Program-made: the position numbers and the translations under genes
Source of the DNA: Guillardia theta CCMP2712
Lineage: Eukaryota; Protista; Cryptophyta
Length of the DNA stretch: 64,000 bases
Direction of reading: 5' to 3'
NCBI RefSeq assembly: GCF_000315625.1
Contig: NW_005434630.1
Span: 434,001-498,000 of the forward strand
Shown: in pieces, positions 12,301 to 25,747 of the stretch
How positions within the stretch are numbered: the stretch's first letter is position 1
Layout of the letters: the number at the start of each line of letters is the position of its first letter
The notes under the pieces: generated by a model
Databases searched by the model: none
What the model was told of the DNA's origin: nothing
What the model saw: only the letters and a program-made list of their open reading frames with translations

Positions 12301-15300
12301 GAGGGAGGGAAGAGGGAGAAAGAAAAAGGGAGGAGGGAGGGACGAAGGAGAAAGAACAAGGGAGGAAAGAGAGGGGAGGTGGAATTTGTACAGTGTGTTC
12401 ACAGGTCCCCTGCGAGAGCTCCATCCCCTTACGGTACTCCTCCTGAGGAGTTGTCGTCAATAGGAAGAAGGAAGATTCTGGAAGATTGGAGAGAGAAAGG
12501 GGTTGACAGCAGAAATTAGAGGAGAGGAGCATAGAGGACAAGCAGAGAACAGGGACATGAGGAAAAGGAGGAAGAGGAGGAAGAGGAGGAAGAGGAAGAA
12601 GGTGAGAGGGAGGGAGGGATCTAGGAAGGTTTTTGTCCAAACTGACACTTACCAGCGCTCCACTGTCGTCGACATTGATTTCGCCCAAGATTTGCCCATG
12701 TAGGCCGTGCAAGCAGCACTGGAATTTCTTCTTCCGGGACAGTCTGAGGGCTTGAGAGATGAGCCTTTCCGCCTGACAGAACTTCAACCCTGTAGTAGGA
12801 CGGACTCTCTCCCCTACCTCCTTCCCCTGATTGTCATAGAGCAGCAGGTCGCCGAGAGCGAAGGAGGTGAAGGGTTCCGTTGGATCCAGCGCAAGGATCT
12901 TGCGCAGTGCCTGTGTAGCAGGATGACAAGGGAGAAAGGCGGCAAGGTAGAAGAGCGTACCTCCCATGGCACTTCTTCTGCGTTTGATCCCAAGCACTTG
13001 CAGAAAACCAGCCCGCTGCGAGATGAAAAAGTGAGGGCACTCGTGATAACAGCGGAGACTTCTGGACAAGAGGATGCCCAAACACAAGAGCATGCAATCA
13101 GAATCAAAACTTTGATATTCGTTACTCCCCCTCATCTCAATGGGGATGACAAAGCAAGCTGAATTGTACAACACACAAACACATGAACATCCGCATACGC
13201 ATCGGACGAACCTGAGGACCTCTGCACTCTTGTAACCATGCTGCGTTGCTAGCTCAAGGTAGGAGCAGGAGGAGAAGGGATTCGCTCGGAGGTTCAGTGC
13301 CAAGACTCCGATACGTGCATAGAGGAAGCCATTGCGAGGGGAGAGCGCGAGAGCACGAAGGAAGAATTCTTCAGAATCTTTGGATCCTCCTTTCCACTCT
13401 TCGATAAAGCCCTTTGCCTTTTAGCCCATCGTCACCGACTCTTCTCTCGTTCCCCTCTCATCATCCAGATGAATGATACAACACATCAGCTCATGGTCAT
13501 CAAAGTTATCATCGTTGACATCATCACCGCCATCGTCGTCACCAAACCACAATTGCAATCATCTCCATCATTACAACCATCCCAATCTTTATCTCTCACC
13601 ACCACCACCACCACCACCACCACCATTATCCAACTTACAATCCACAGAGTCTCATCCTCTGGCCTGAGCCGGACGGCCTCCTCCAATCTCGCAATCGCAA
13701 ACGCCGAGGAAGAGATCCGAGCAAGCGCGCCGATGGTGAAGGAGGAGTTGTCTCCTCCTCTCACCCTCTTTTCCAGCACAGCAGCAACCTCGTCATAGAC
13801 TGGATCTTTCTCCCCCGTGATCTCCTCGTGATGCACGTAGAGCAGCTCCATGAACATCTCAGTCATCATCATCCCCAATCGGAACCTCCTGAATGCGCTC
13901 GTCGCAACCTGCAGCTGCTGCTGAGTGCAACACACGACCTGACCTATTTAGTCACCTCAAGAGCTCCTTTGTAATCTTTCTTCTTCTTCAGGAGGAAGAA
14001 GGAGTGGGAGAAATGAACTATGGCTCGATCTCCCTGTTGCTCCTTGTAAGCAAGTTTGAATGCACATCAGCATCTTCCCCTACCTCTGACAGCAGCTTGC
14101 TGTATTGGGCCTGCCCCTTCGACATGTCGTTCTCCCCAAACGCGTAAAGTTCTGCTTCTGCCAGTCGGACGGCAACTTGCAGCTCCTGCTGGGAAATCGC
14201 CGACGTCTGGTTAGAAACGACTGAGGGTAATCGATCCGAAATGTCGTTGAGGGCGCGAAACATCGAAAGTGCCCGTAGCAAGTTCTCAGTGTTCGACCAA
14301 GAGACGTGGGAGAACTGCAGGTAGCAGTTCAGGAGGCGAAGGGCGGCGTCCCTGACATGCAGATGTCAACAGAGAGCAGCGAGAGGGTCCAGGAGATGAA
14401 GAGAAAGAGAGAGGGGGGGGGGAGGAAAGAGGGGAGGAGAAGGGGAGGAAAGAGGAAAGAAGAGCAGAGAGCTTCTCACTGTACGAATCGAATGCCATCT
14501 TCAAGGTCAGTGATCATCTTCTTCGAGTTTTGTGAGTCCAGCCCAAGGATGCAACGGACAAGCGCTGGCAAGGCATCAGGACTGAGTCAAGCTCCTTGCT
14601 CTAGAGACATCGACTCACCAACGACGACCCTGAGGTCATCTGAGCATAACACAAGGGAGCTGTTTGACGACAGCTTCCACAGAAGGATGTTCAGATCGTG
14701 CCGTTGGTGCGAGACTTTCTCGTCCTCGTCGTCCTGCTCCCTCGAGTATGCACTCTCTCGCGCCTCGTAGATCATGTTGCGCTGGTTGCAGTTCCACTGC
14801 TCCAACGTCGTTGAGTGGAACAAGAAGTTGGCAATGCTCATCTTCATAGCTTGCGCCTCGTCGCTCATTCCTTCCTGAAATTCCTCCCACGCCATTTCAA
14901 AGGCGCGAGGAGCGTAGATCATGGAGTCATAGAAGAAGAAGATCAGCTGAGACACGCTCATGCGCTTGCACTCGCGCTTCAACTGCTGGACAAAGTCAAA
15001 GGGTCGATTGACAAATCTCATCTACTTGACCTTGTGCAAGAACCGAGCCTGCGACGCCAAGTCTGCAAGGAATGAGAAGCAAGCAAACACAAGAAGGAAG
15101 AAGCTTCGTCTGGAATACCTTGACTGAAATCGGACGTGCTTTTGCTGAGATTTTCCTGCACCAGTAACATCACCAACACAAATATTCAGTCAAGTCGAAT
15201 GGAGATTAATGATCTATTTGTACCTGAGCTGTGTTTGTATTTTCCATCGCTCCCTCAGTCTCGTTCATCCTTTGCATCTCATGATCTGAGTCGTTGCTCT

Positions 15301-17655
15301 GCAGAGACAAACTTGAGAGAGAGAGCAATCCGACGAGACGAATACCTGATGGGATCCTTTGTTCCTTTGTGTCTCTACTTCATTCAGTGCAGAGAAAGGA
15401 TTGAGGCTTCCAACGGGCCTTGCAGCATTTGCACTGAATTATGAGGATTTAGTGCACTTGACATGTGCGATGCGCACTTGCGATTCAAGACAAGTGAACG
15501 CATCTCACCTTGAGGAGGTGAAGTTTGTTGCGGCAGGCCTTGGGGCAACGGCAGGCCTCTCGCTCTTATCCGAAAGGGGGGATGCGACTTGTGTCTTGGT
15601 CGAACTCTCCTCGTTGATCGGGTCGTTTGCCTTGTCCTTCATCCATCCATCATCAGACGATTGCAAGCACAAGGAAAATAGGGACGGCAAGACCTTCTTC
15701 CATGCCGTTCCCTTGTCCGAGGCTTTCTGCTTCATCGCCTTCGCCTTGTTCGAAGACAACTCGGCTGGTTTCTTCACGTTCTCTTTCTCCTGCACGCCAG
15801 GTGCTGCTTTTTCGTTGTCCGAAGGGACTGCATCCTTCCTGACCTGCGCATTCTCCCTCTTCTTCTGCACTGCCTTCCTGTGACGCGAGCTGGGCGCTGC
15901 CTCCGCCACCTTTCCTTGCACACTTGCTGTTTGCGCGGGACCTGCTGGGAGCTCGAAACCCTGCTGGCCAGGATAGTCATAGTGCACATCAACAACATCG
16001 GATTCCATCTGCTCAGTGTTTGTCATCCGGACGAGGTCAGACCAAGTTATCTCAACCCTTGGCGCCTGCATGAAATACAAGTGGGCTTTCGCAAGCAAGA
16101 TTGAAGCGGAGAGGAGGAGGAGGAGGAGGAGGAGGAGGTCAGTGGCAGGTCACCTGAGCCTGTGGGACCTCAGTCTGTGTGGGAAGCACCTTCTTGACCT
16201 CTTTGTGCTCTGATTTTTCGAACGTTGGGTGGAAAATACCCATCTCATCCCAATATCCCTGGAGGAGGAGAGGTGAGAGGACGAGAGGAGAGGAGCAGAA
16301 GGCTGAGGGAAGGAGTAGCCGAGGGAATAAATGCCAAAGATAGCAGGAAGAGGGCAGGGACGGGACGAGCGGGAGGGAAGGAAGGGAGGGGTGAGGGATA
16401 ATTGCACGGCGATCTTCCACAGTCCTCCACAAGCACAAGTGAGTCTGGACCTTGGGCGGAGGATCGGGACGGCTGTCGAACTCCCAGATCTGTTCGATCC
16501 CTCCTTCGTCGTACTGCGAGTCGTGCTCCCACATGCTGTTCGGCAGAATCTGTGCTTGCAACGCTCACAGCGAGATCATCCAGGTCACGTTCCTACCTTC
16601 TGCGGCACATCCCCGTGCTGCCCTCGCATCATGTAGGCAGTGCCGTACATCCCCTGCTCCATGCTGAGTTTCAGTAGCAACAGGCAGGTGCCTGCTTGCC
16701 TCCAGGGGAAAGGGGCTCCATCTAGGCGGGATGTCGTAATCAGGTCCTTCCTGGCTCGGGCATTGGTCCATCTAGACGCTGACGTCAGTTCAAGTGCGCA
16801 GACAATCCGGTCACCTCGTGCACGTCGTCAGGATATTTCTCTTGGAAGAGATCCTCTAGCGAAGGAACGGGCTCCTGCCTCCCCTGCCACCTTCCATCAT
16901 CCTTTCGCTGCTCCCTTCATCCTCCCCCCCTCCCCCCTCCCACACTCACAGTCGCTTTGTGGCGTTCAACGAAGCGTTGCTGCGCATCATGAGAAGGGTG
17001 CAAGAGACTACTTCCTTCGACTTACTCGCTCTTCCCACAGCTCCACGAGGTTTCGCAAGATCACGGACGGACTCGTGTTCTCCCCTGCGTTTGCTCGTCA
17101 TAACCAAGAGGAGGCGGGAGGCAGGAAACCGTCTGGGAGCCAGCGACTTCGATTGTGTGCGACCATGTCACTGGGTGGCTTCTCCTCCATGGACCTTGGG
17201 GCAAGCTTCTGGTTCCGGTGCCTCAACGAGAGCGACCTGGGAGGAAGTCAGAGGAGGAGCTCAATCAAGGATAGCCTACTTCTGCACGGTATCCTCCCAC
17301 GCATCGTCAGTGTCTCCAGAATCCAAGTCGCCGCCAAAGGTCTCTTGGTCTAGTTCTGGATTGTTGAGGTCGTCTCCTTCGAACATTTTCCTAAGGCATA
17401 GCCTCAACCACGAGCAGGGTTGCCGGGAACAAACCTTTCAAAGCTATCCTCGTCGTCAAACTGCAGAACTTCGCCGTCTTGCCCACCGACTTTCCATTCA
17501 TCCCCATCATACCCTCCTCTGAACCTGAACGTGGAAGGGCAAGACGGTATGTCGCTCGTCCTGGCAGCATACCGGAAGTTCTCCGTGGGAGGGATTTGAA
17601 ACGCGATTTCACAGGAACAGAACAGGAGCAGGAGCAGTATGCCCGAGCGCGCCAT
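9382..17655 (-). CDS. Large multi-exon TPR-repeat protein with N-terminal signal peptide and an FRFRGG motif
   Basis: N-terminus MARSGILLLLLFCSCEIAF...FRFRGG then an acidic stretch. TPR-type segments: AEKVFQKALSLDPNNAETRFMYGAML, YNYAAFLRENGADFDKAEVFVRKALEIDPHD, ALRKILALDPTEPFTSFALGDLL. The exon chain is traceable through 15.0-15.5 kb; stop TGA at 9382-9384. Could still be two genes. Confidence 0.7.
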
Positions 17656-17925
17656 CACGATGAAACTTCACATCTCCGTGGAGGATCCGAAGGACCGACT
17701 GAAAGGATCACCATGGCTACTCCCTCTCTCTCTCAGAGCCGCCATCGCTCGCCGGGGGTGCCGCGCCCTGGCATTCCCTCAGTGCATGCGGGCGCATCGA
17801 AGGGAATCCGGTCACTTGGACGAAACTTTGAGGCGTTGAAGTTTTAAAGTTTTGGATTGTTCTCGAAAGTTTTGGAGTTTGATGATTGGGGATGAGGGGC
17901 ATCACTTGCGAAAGGCGCACGAGCA

Positions 17926-18727
17926 ATGGCGACAGATCGACCGGATGATGACGAGGAGGAGGAAGAGGTGAGAAGAGGAGGATGGTGAGAAGAGGAGGAT
18001 GAGAGAGGAGAAGGAGGAGGAGTTAAGAGGGGGGGGCTGAGAGAGGAAGAGGAGGAGGAGGATGAGAAGGAGGAGGATGAGAAGGAGGAGGTGGTGGTGG
18101 AGATGATGGCATGATTAGAAGAGACGAGATGCGGAGGATAGGAAGGGAGAAGTGAAATCAGGTAAGGATAAGACGATGGGAAGGAGAGAAATTGGTGAGA
18201 ATTTATAAGGGAGGAAGGTAGGATTTAGGAAGGAAGGAAGTTGGTAGGATTGGGATCGGGATGTTATGAGACGATCCAAGGAGGAGGATAATGAAAGTCG
18301 GCAGCACTTGCATACAATCAGTGTTGTCGCATGTTTTACGCTGACACGTGGCACCGCAGAAGGTAGTCAGGAAAGGCGAAGACGCGAAAGCACACAAGGA
18401 ACTCAACAAGCTTTCGGGTGACAACGAGGGAGAGAAGGAGGTGGATACAGGCAAGGCGCAGAATGCGCTGTCACAGCTGTCGAATGCCGCGGAGGCTGAG
18501 AAGCTAGCGAAGCTGGAGAGAGAAAAGGAACTTGCGAAAGTCAAGATCGACAAGAAGGATGTTGAGTTGATCATGTCCGGTACTGCGATCAACGTCATTT
18601 GCTGCGCCTTGTAAACTCATTCCTTTGTTCAGAGATGGAGATTGATGAATCTAGAGCGGAGCGAGTACTGAGAGAACACAACGGCGAACCCGTCAAGGCT
18701 CTACAATATTTGATTGATAGCAAATGA
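17926..18727 (+). CDS. HYPK: Huntingtin-interacting protein K (NatA-associated, C-terminal UBA-like domain)
   Basis: EREKELAKVKIDKKDVELIMSEMEIDESRAERVLREHNGEPVKALQYLI matches the HYPK C-terminal signature; three exons. Confidence 0.88.
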
Positions 18728-19376
18728 TACAACCTTTACACTATAGTTCACTCCTTATGACAGCCCGGGCTGCCTTGCGGCACATCGCTATGTACACATA
18801 GAAGGGGGGGAAACAACGTGGTGCTCTACTAGCCCAGCTGCAGAAGCCTCATTGCTCTTGGCGGGGGTCTCATGGTTGTTCCTTGGCATGGTTCCTTGGC
18901 ATGTTGTCAACGCTGTCATGTGTTGAATGGAACCTGTGTGCATGCTCAGCTAAGACTGCATGTCGAGAACAAACAGCTACACTTTGTCATGCCCCGCGGC
19001 CAGGAGCGAACATATGAATTCCATGACGGTGAATCGTAATTCCCCTGTTGAATCGTCATTGTGAGAGTGTGCACGTGTCAACGATGCTCTTACCACATGA
19101 TACGATTGTGATCTTCCCGCTGTCCATTCCATCCCCACCTGAGACATCTGCACTTTGTCGCCACCTATCCAAACCAATGAACATGAGGCAACGTCTTGAA
19201 ACGACGCAAGCACCTTGACTTTGCTTCCTCGATCCAAGTTTCGTTGTAGACCGGGTGCAAACTTGTGTCGTGCCTGCTCCGTCGTCACCATCGCAGAGGC
19301 ACAGTGAACCAACTGCACACCATCGTTCCGATGTTAACAACCCGTTGTCATCACGAGGGAGGCTGAATCACTGAGA

Positions 19377-20726
19377 TCAATAACTTTCGACCCAGCATGT
19401 CCCTACAGCAACCTTTGAGACGTGTTCCTTACTGTGCTTTCCTCCACAGCCAGAGGATCTCCTTCCAAAGCTATGTCCCCTCGGTCCCCTTGAAGAAACT
19501 TTCAACCCGCAGAGCAGTCGTATCGAAATTATGCGTACGGTGCAACTTGGGAGAACAACAAACAGAGCACCAGCATTCCGACCTCTGTGCAGCAGCCAAG
19601 TCACTTGGGAGACAAGGCCTACAACAAGATCGCGAACTCCTATCAGAGCCTTATTGAAAGCGGTGACATGTCGGAACCACCAGTCTCCGCACTTCTCCTC
19701 GCTCGGGTCGTGCGGGAGGTTCATGGCCCGTCCAAGAACCTGCGGTATCAAGTGACTCGGGAGGAGGGAGCACGAGCACAAAGCTGCCTGGACTACTTCC
19801 GTCTGATTCCAGTAGTCAGCCAGCTGCAGGGCTGTCCTCCCCTGCCAGTCAACGCACCACTGGCAAGCTCCAAGTTCCAGGAGGGCGAGAACTGCCCTGG
19901 GGTGACCATTCGCCGAGGCCCAGTGGAGCGGAGTGAAGCCTGCTCGGTTGGAAGCGTTCACCTCAGCTCCCTGCGCATGGGAGCGTGAGGGGAACTAGAG
20001 GATGTAGCGGGGGGAGGGGTCAAGCGCACCAGCTGAACGAGTTGCTGGATGGCTGGCACGTGGCCGCTCCCCGCTGCAAGGTGCAGGGGCGTCTGGAGAT
20101 CGTTGTCCCTGCACTTAACGTCTGCTCCGAGGTCAGCGAGGAACTTGATGATCTTGGTGTATCCTCCCTCCGCCGCCCAGTGCATCGCTCCTTTGCCTCC
20201 TTGGGTTGGGTCGCTCGAGTTGACATCGGCCCCGTCCGCCACCGCCTCCTTGAGGTCCAGGATCTGTCCGAACCGAGCAGCCTTGCAGAGGCGGAAGCTC
20301 AACCAGGTCCTCTCCCTCTCTATCACCTCGTCATCGAGGCAGAGACAGAGCTGATCCCAAGTGGTGAACAAGTCCTGCACTGTGGGGCCCGGGTAGATGG
20401 ACTGTTTTCTCAGCATCCTCAGTCCTAAGATAGAGAGCCGAAGCTTCGGCAGCCTGCTCGCTACCTCCCTCATCAGCTTCACATCGTCAGGATGGCCGAG
20501 GGTGTGAAGTCGCTTCCCCTGGACCCTCTGCAGCTTCGACAACGACCCACCCTTCATCCTGTTCGCAGCGATCAAATCGCGGTAAAATGTCGGCATGCGA
20601 GAGGCGAACAACAGGGAGGAGGAGGAGGACTGACCTCATAGGCCTTGCAGGATGAGTCTCCTCCATCTCCCCTTCGATCCCCGCGCCCATGGCCGCTATG
20701 CACAGCAGCAGCCGGGCGGGGCCCAT
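19377..20726 (-). CDS. Ankyrin-repeat protein with signal-peptide-like N-terminus and an MRMKGG motif
   Basis: GKGAMHWAAEGGYTKIIKFLADLGADV, LQTPLHLAAGSGH, GFTPLHWASANGH, GRTALQLA. Removing the first intron gives MGPARLLLCIAAMGAG...PMRMKGG. 3' end uncertain. Confidence 0.8.
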
Positions 20727-21115
20727 GGACCCGGGCTTGCGATGGAGGCGCATCGGGGGTAACGTGACTGTGACTCAGGCGGAAGCGAAACCCAGTTGAA
20801 AATCTGACGGAAGGGAGGGCGCTAGGACAGACGACGACAGCGGAGGGTCGGCGCGAAGAGAAGAGCAGGAGGGAAGAGAGGGGGGGCTAGAACGGAGGAG
20901 AGGAGAGGAGAGGAGTGCGGGAAGTGGAGGAGGAGCAGGGGGGGAGTGTGGGGGGGAAGTGAGGCAGGAGGGTTTGTGGTTGGAGGACAAACTGCGTTTC
21001 GTGCAAACTTGTTGCAGGTCGGGCTGGGGAAGGAGAGGATCAAGGTGGAGGGAGGGAGAAAAGGGAGGGAGAGCATCGAGGAGGAAGAGGACTGCCCGTG
21101 TGCATGCAGTAGAGC

Positions 21116-23104
21116 ATGGATAACCACCTTCTGCACCCTGACAACCATGAGATACATGACGAGCCGCAGTCGACGACCAAGACTCTGTCCACTATAGCAG
21201 AGAACGCCGGAGAGAACGGAGGACACCATGCGACCCGCCTTAAGTTCTACCACAAGCTTCAACACATGTCCCTCCTTCCGTTCCTCCCGCACCCCCACCA
21301 TCGCGTTCCCCCCCACCATCACCTAGCGGTCACGCCATTGCATGATATCTTGAACAATGGAGAGCCGTACGTGTGGGTGTCAGAGGCGATGGACCTTGGA
21401 GAGGAGAGTCTGCTGGAGTCCAACGACCAGACGGAGCATGAGGAGAAGAAGCAGAGGATGAAGCGGATCGGCATTGCGAGGGTCTTCACGATCGTCAACG
21501 TCATGCTCGGCTCCTCGCTCCTGGTGGTGCCCTGGGCGTACTCTCGTAGCGGGCTGCTGCCGGGAGCTGCACTGGTGTGCGGCATAGGCGGCTTCTGCCG
21601 ATACACTTCGAGCCTCATCCTGCGATGGAGTGAGGGGCACGAGGACTTCTCGGAGATGTGAGACAAGCGGCTGAGAACCTGTGTGCTTGCTGATCTAGGT
21701 GCAGGTGCAAGAGCTACCTGGGGAAGCCGGCATGGCACGTCTGCCTCTCCTCGTCCCTGGTGGTCCTGGTGGGAGCCCTGCTGGCCTACCACACCATCAT
21801 GTCGGACTTCTTGTACTCGTTGTCCAAGGCCCTGATCCCCAACAGCGAGTACCAGGGGAACCTGTTCTACGCGGTTGTTCGCGCCTTGTTCCTTGACCGT
21901 AGGTTGTCGCCCCTCCCCATCGCCATGTTTGTGTTCCCCTTTGCAAATTTCCGAGATGTCTCCACCCTTGCAAGATTCACTTCCTACGGGATCGTCGCGG
22001 TCGTCTTCACCTTCTGCTACATCCTCGTCACTTCGTGGGGCGCGTTCATAGCAGCAGTGGAAGGGGGACAGGGGAACGTCACTTTCACCTTGGAGCAGGA
22101 CAGTGCAAATCCTGACAACACGCTGATCGTCCCTCTTGCTGGGAGGAACTGGGGGGACTTGGCCGGGATCCTGCCAGTCTCCTTCTTCGTCCACAACCTG
22201 ATCATCCCCATTATGCGCGGCGACGAGCCGATGAAATGGAAGATGATGCAGCACGACGCTGCGTTCTCTCTGGTAGTGCTGATCTACTCTCTCGTCGGAG
22301 CATCGCCAGTGTTCTCGTTCGCCGCTGCCATGCAGACATGCGGAGGACTCAGGAACGAGACGAGCTGCCACGACATGGTTGGATGTGTCTGGCAGGATTC
22401 CCACATCACCGGAGCAGAGTTCTCGAGGAGGCAAGGATTGGAAATCTTCGGCTCTGTTTGTGTTGAACAGCCCATGTCGCAAAACTTCTTGCGGACTCAA
22501 CTCCCGCCATGGCCGAACCCTCTCGCCTCGAAGCTTCTCCACACCCTCGTGCAATCGGCGGTGCGCAGCCAACATTCACTGCCATCAGTGTCCCCGGCTT
22601 GACTCCCTTGGCAGGTGCTGATACAGCTTCTCACCATCTTCCCGCTTGTCTGCGCCATCGTCAGGGGTCAGTTCTTCGTCTACGTCAGCGGTCTCTTGCC
22701 ATGGCGCGGAGATCGCGGCGACTAACGAACTTTCAAGGAGTGGAATATCCTGGAAGGGTCCAGGGGCTCGTCTTCGTAGTCTTCATCATCGGACTCTCTA
22801 CCTTGGTCTCGTCGAGCTTTCCTGATGCTCCAGGGAAGGCAAGGCAGCAGAGTTGCTAGATGACGTCATCGTTCACGCTTGTTTTGCAGATCCTCGGCAT
22901 CGTAGGAGCGATCTCCGGCACTCTCTATGTGTGTGTGCTCCCCATATCTCTACATCTGGTGCGGATTGACCCCACGGCTCCTGCGTTTGACCATGTCGAC
23001 AGGTTGCGCTGAACAACACGGGGAATTTGTCAATCACTTCATTCATCATCCATGTCATTTTAATCTTGGGAGGAACATTCCTCTTTGTTCAGGGTGTGAT
23101 TTGA
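21116..23104 (+). CDS. SLC38A9: Amino-acid transporter, SLC38A9-like (Aa_trans family)
   Basis: VFTIVNVMLGSSLLVVPWAYSRSGLLPG (TM1), LAGILPVSFFVHNLIIPIM, EYPGRVQGLVF, plus an N-terminal RLKFYHKL motif resembling SLC38A9 RIHYYSRL; stop at 23102-23104. Confidence 0.75.
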
Positions 23105-23198
23105 AATCACCAGCCTCATGCGTGTCATGATACGCGCTGTAAAGCCTCGCTGCTGACCACCTGGCGACTGTCGGCTCTACTTTTGTGTATCGTTGGGC

Positions 23199-25747
23199 CT
23201 AAGGAGGAGGAAGCCCGAACTTCTCTGCTCTTCGGCGAAGTTTCTCCTCCTCCGAACTCTTTGAGTCTGATAAAGCGGCGCGAGGCTCTCGATTTGACTC
23301 TTGCTCGCTGGTTCCCTCGTGGGCTGGAGACCTTACGTCTACTCTATCCCTCGCTTCATCCTGTCGTCCTGTCCTGGGATCCTGCGAGGACCCACCTTCT
23401 ACTCGATCTTGAGAAAACCTTTCCCCTTCCCTCGAGTCGAAGCGCCTTGCCTCATCGCGCTGCCCCCCGCGGTTCGGCCCTCGCTCTCCGCGAGCTTCTG
23501 CTCGGTCAACTGCACGAGGGGATCTAGGGGATCGTCTCATGTCCCTGGGATCCCCCCTGTAGTCCCGAGGCATGTCTCTTGTATCTCTTCCTTCTCCCCT
23601 ATAGTCCCGAGGTGATCCCCGTACGTCCCTTCCATCCCTCGGCTCTCCTCGAAGGTCTCGAGGGCCCCCTCGCGGTTCCCCTCTAACGTCCTGCGGGAAC
23701 CTGCCAGGGGGTGGCGGCCCTCTCGAATCGCTTCCCTGGGACCAACCCCTCCTCACCTCGTCTGGGTGCATGCTCGGATAATCCCTCGGATCATGCTCCA
23801 TCCTCTCCCTCCTGTCCCAATCCTCTCCCTCTCTTGGTCTAGACCAGCCTCCCTGGCCTCCTTGCTCTGACCTTCCACCGCGGTCTCCCATGGAGCCATC
23901 GCCGGTGCCTCTGTCGTCCATGTCTCGGTAGCCGCTTCCCATTCCATTCGGCCCGTTGCCATCCCGGTGCTGCCGATCTTGCTCAAAGTTGCTTCTCCTC
24001 CCTCCTCTTGCCTCGTAATCTGGCCTCCTTCCTCCTCTGTCTACCCATCCCCTGTCTCTTCCTCTTCCTCGCTTGAAGGGGCCTCGATCTCTCCTGGAAA
24101 TCAAATCATTCCAACTCAACTTGCCTCATAACTCGCTCTGTCACCTGTCTCTCGGACTCCTGCTTCTGCTCCTGCTCCTGCTCCACTTTCTGGAACCGGG
24201 CGAAATATTGCTAGGTGGGTTTCTCCTGCCAGGAGATCTTGATCGGTTCTTTCGTCTATCGCTGTCAGAACAACTTTAGAGAATCACACAACTTTTCATC
24301 CATCTAGCTACCGCGATCTTGACCTCGACCTGGACCGATCGGGAGGCCTGTTCCCCTCCCGTCCGTCCCCTCTGCTGAATCTGTCCACATCCTGTCTCTC
24401 CCCCCTGTTCGCGAAGGGACCCGGTGGAGTATCACCTTCTCTGCTTCTGCCCGATACCAACGTCACTCAAGATCCTTGATGAACAAAGTAATCAACCTTG
24501 ATCGAGCCTCGAGCTCTCGATCTTTCGAGAGTGACCTATCCTCGGGTTCTGCTGCAAAGCAACAATCAACTTTCCCCGTGTCCAAGACATGTTTTACCTT
24601 CTGAAACCCTTTCTTCTACATCAGAGGCCTGCCCTGTTGCACTGACTGTTGATTCAATCTCTGCCTCTCCAAGTATTTGTCCGGAATCCTCCATCTCTGT
24701 ATTGCCCGCCTCTTCACCGTTTGCTTGTGAAGTCTGATTCTTGTCTGCTTGATTCGTGTCTGCTTTCAAGGTATGCACATTGATGTATTTCGCTTTGGGC
24801 AACTTGTAAAGCGCAAGCAGTGTGGTGGCCACATCGATAACCTACGATCAAATGCCAATGAGATCCAGCCAAGGAAAAATATGCTCTCTACCTGCTCCTT
24901 CTCTGCGTCAAAAAGATTCCACCAAGGCGGATCCTCAGGCAAATTTATCCCCAGATCCCTGTAATTCTTTGTTGGCTTTGCAAGAACATCGCTCAAAAAA
25001 TTCTCACCTGCTTGCGAGGAAAATGGCCCCACAAGCAAGCACATATGCAGGATATTTCAAGCAAATGATTGACCGGTAGGCATCATTGGCATAGTTCCAA
25101 GATCTCTGTGGGAGCTCGGGGTATTGGGGCGGAATCTGTCCAAACAGAACCCTGATGTAGTACAACACGAACTTGTGCGCATGTTCGGCATGGATGATAC
25201 TGCGAGTAAAGTCAGTTAACTGTCAAGATTTACAGATGCCCGAGACACAAACAAACACTTACAATCCGAGTTCTCTCAGGATAGCCGATTCGGCATTGAA
25301 AAGCTCCTCCCTCAGGCTGACAAATCTTGTTGTCCCAGTAGCCAACGGCTCAATACGCTTGCCCAAATGATTCATGGCGCTTGCATGAAAGACATTCAAG
25401 ATGTCCTGGGTCTTCCTGGGCTGCTCTTCGATCTTGGACCCCAGGAACAGTGCAGCCTTTGCGACTGAACGCACATCGCATTTCACCATCGACTCCCGAA
25501 AGAAGAATCGATGGAAAATAATCTGGCCCGTCACGATTGCCGTCTGATGCATTTTGAGAAGGATGCCGGCTTCTTGAATGAGCTCGCATCCGTAAAGCCT
25601 CAGCAAAATTTCTGTCCGCTCGTCCACTCCATCCTTGTGGCTGGGAGTGTTGGTCAGAAGAGATGGATTACGAGTGAAAATGGTGATGTCATCGACGGGA
25701 ATCAGAGATTCGTCAGCCACTCCTTCCGTCATGCCTGTTCCGTCCAT
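23199..25747 (-). CDS. CCNL1: Cyclin L with RS/RG/RD-rich C-terminus
   Basis: TPSHKDGVDERTEILLRLYGCELIQEAGILLK...GQIIFHRFFF...ALFLGSKIEEQPRK; LPEDPPWWNLFD; Arg-rich tail. Confidence 0.9.

Noticed and set aside
18977-19340. ORFs downstream of the ankyrin gene
   Set aside because: No recognisable motifs or clear splice chain; may be UTR or terminal exons
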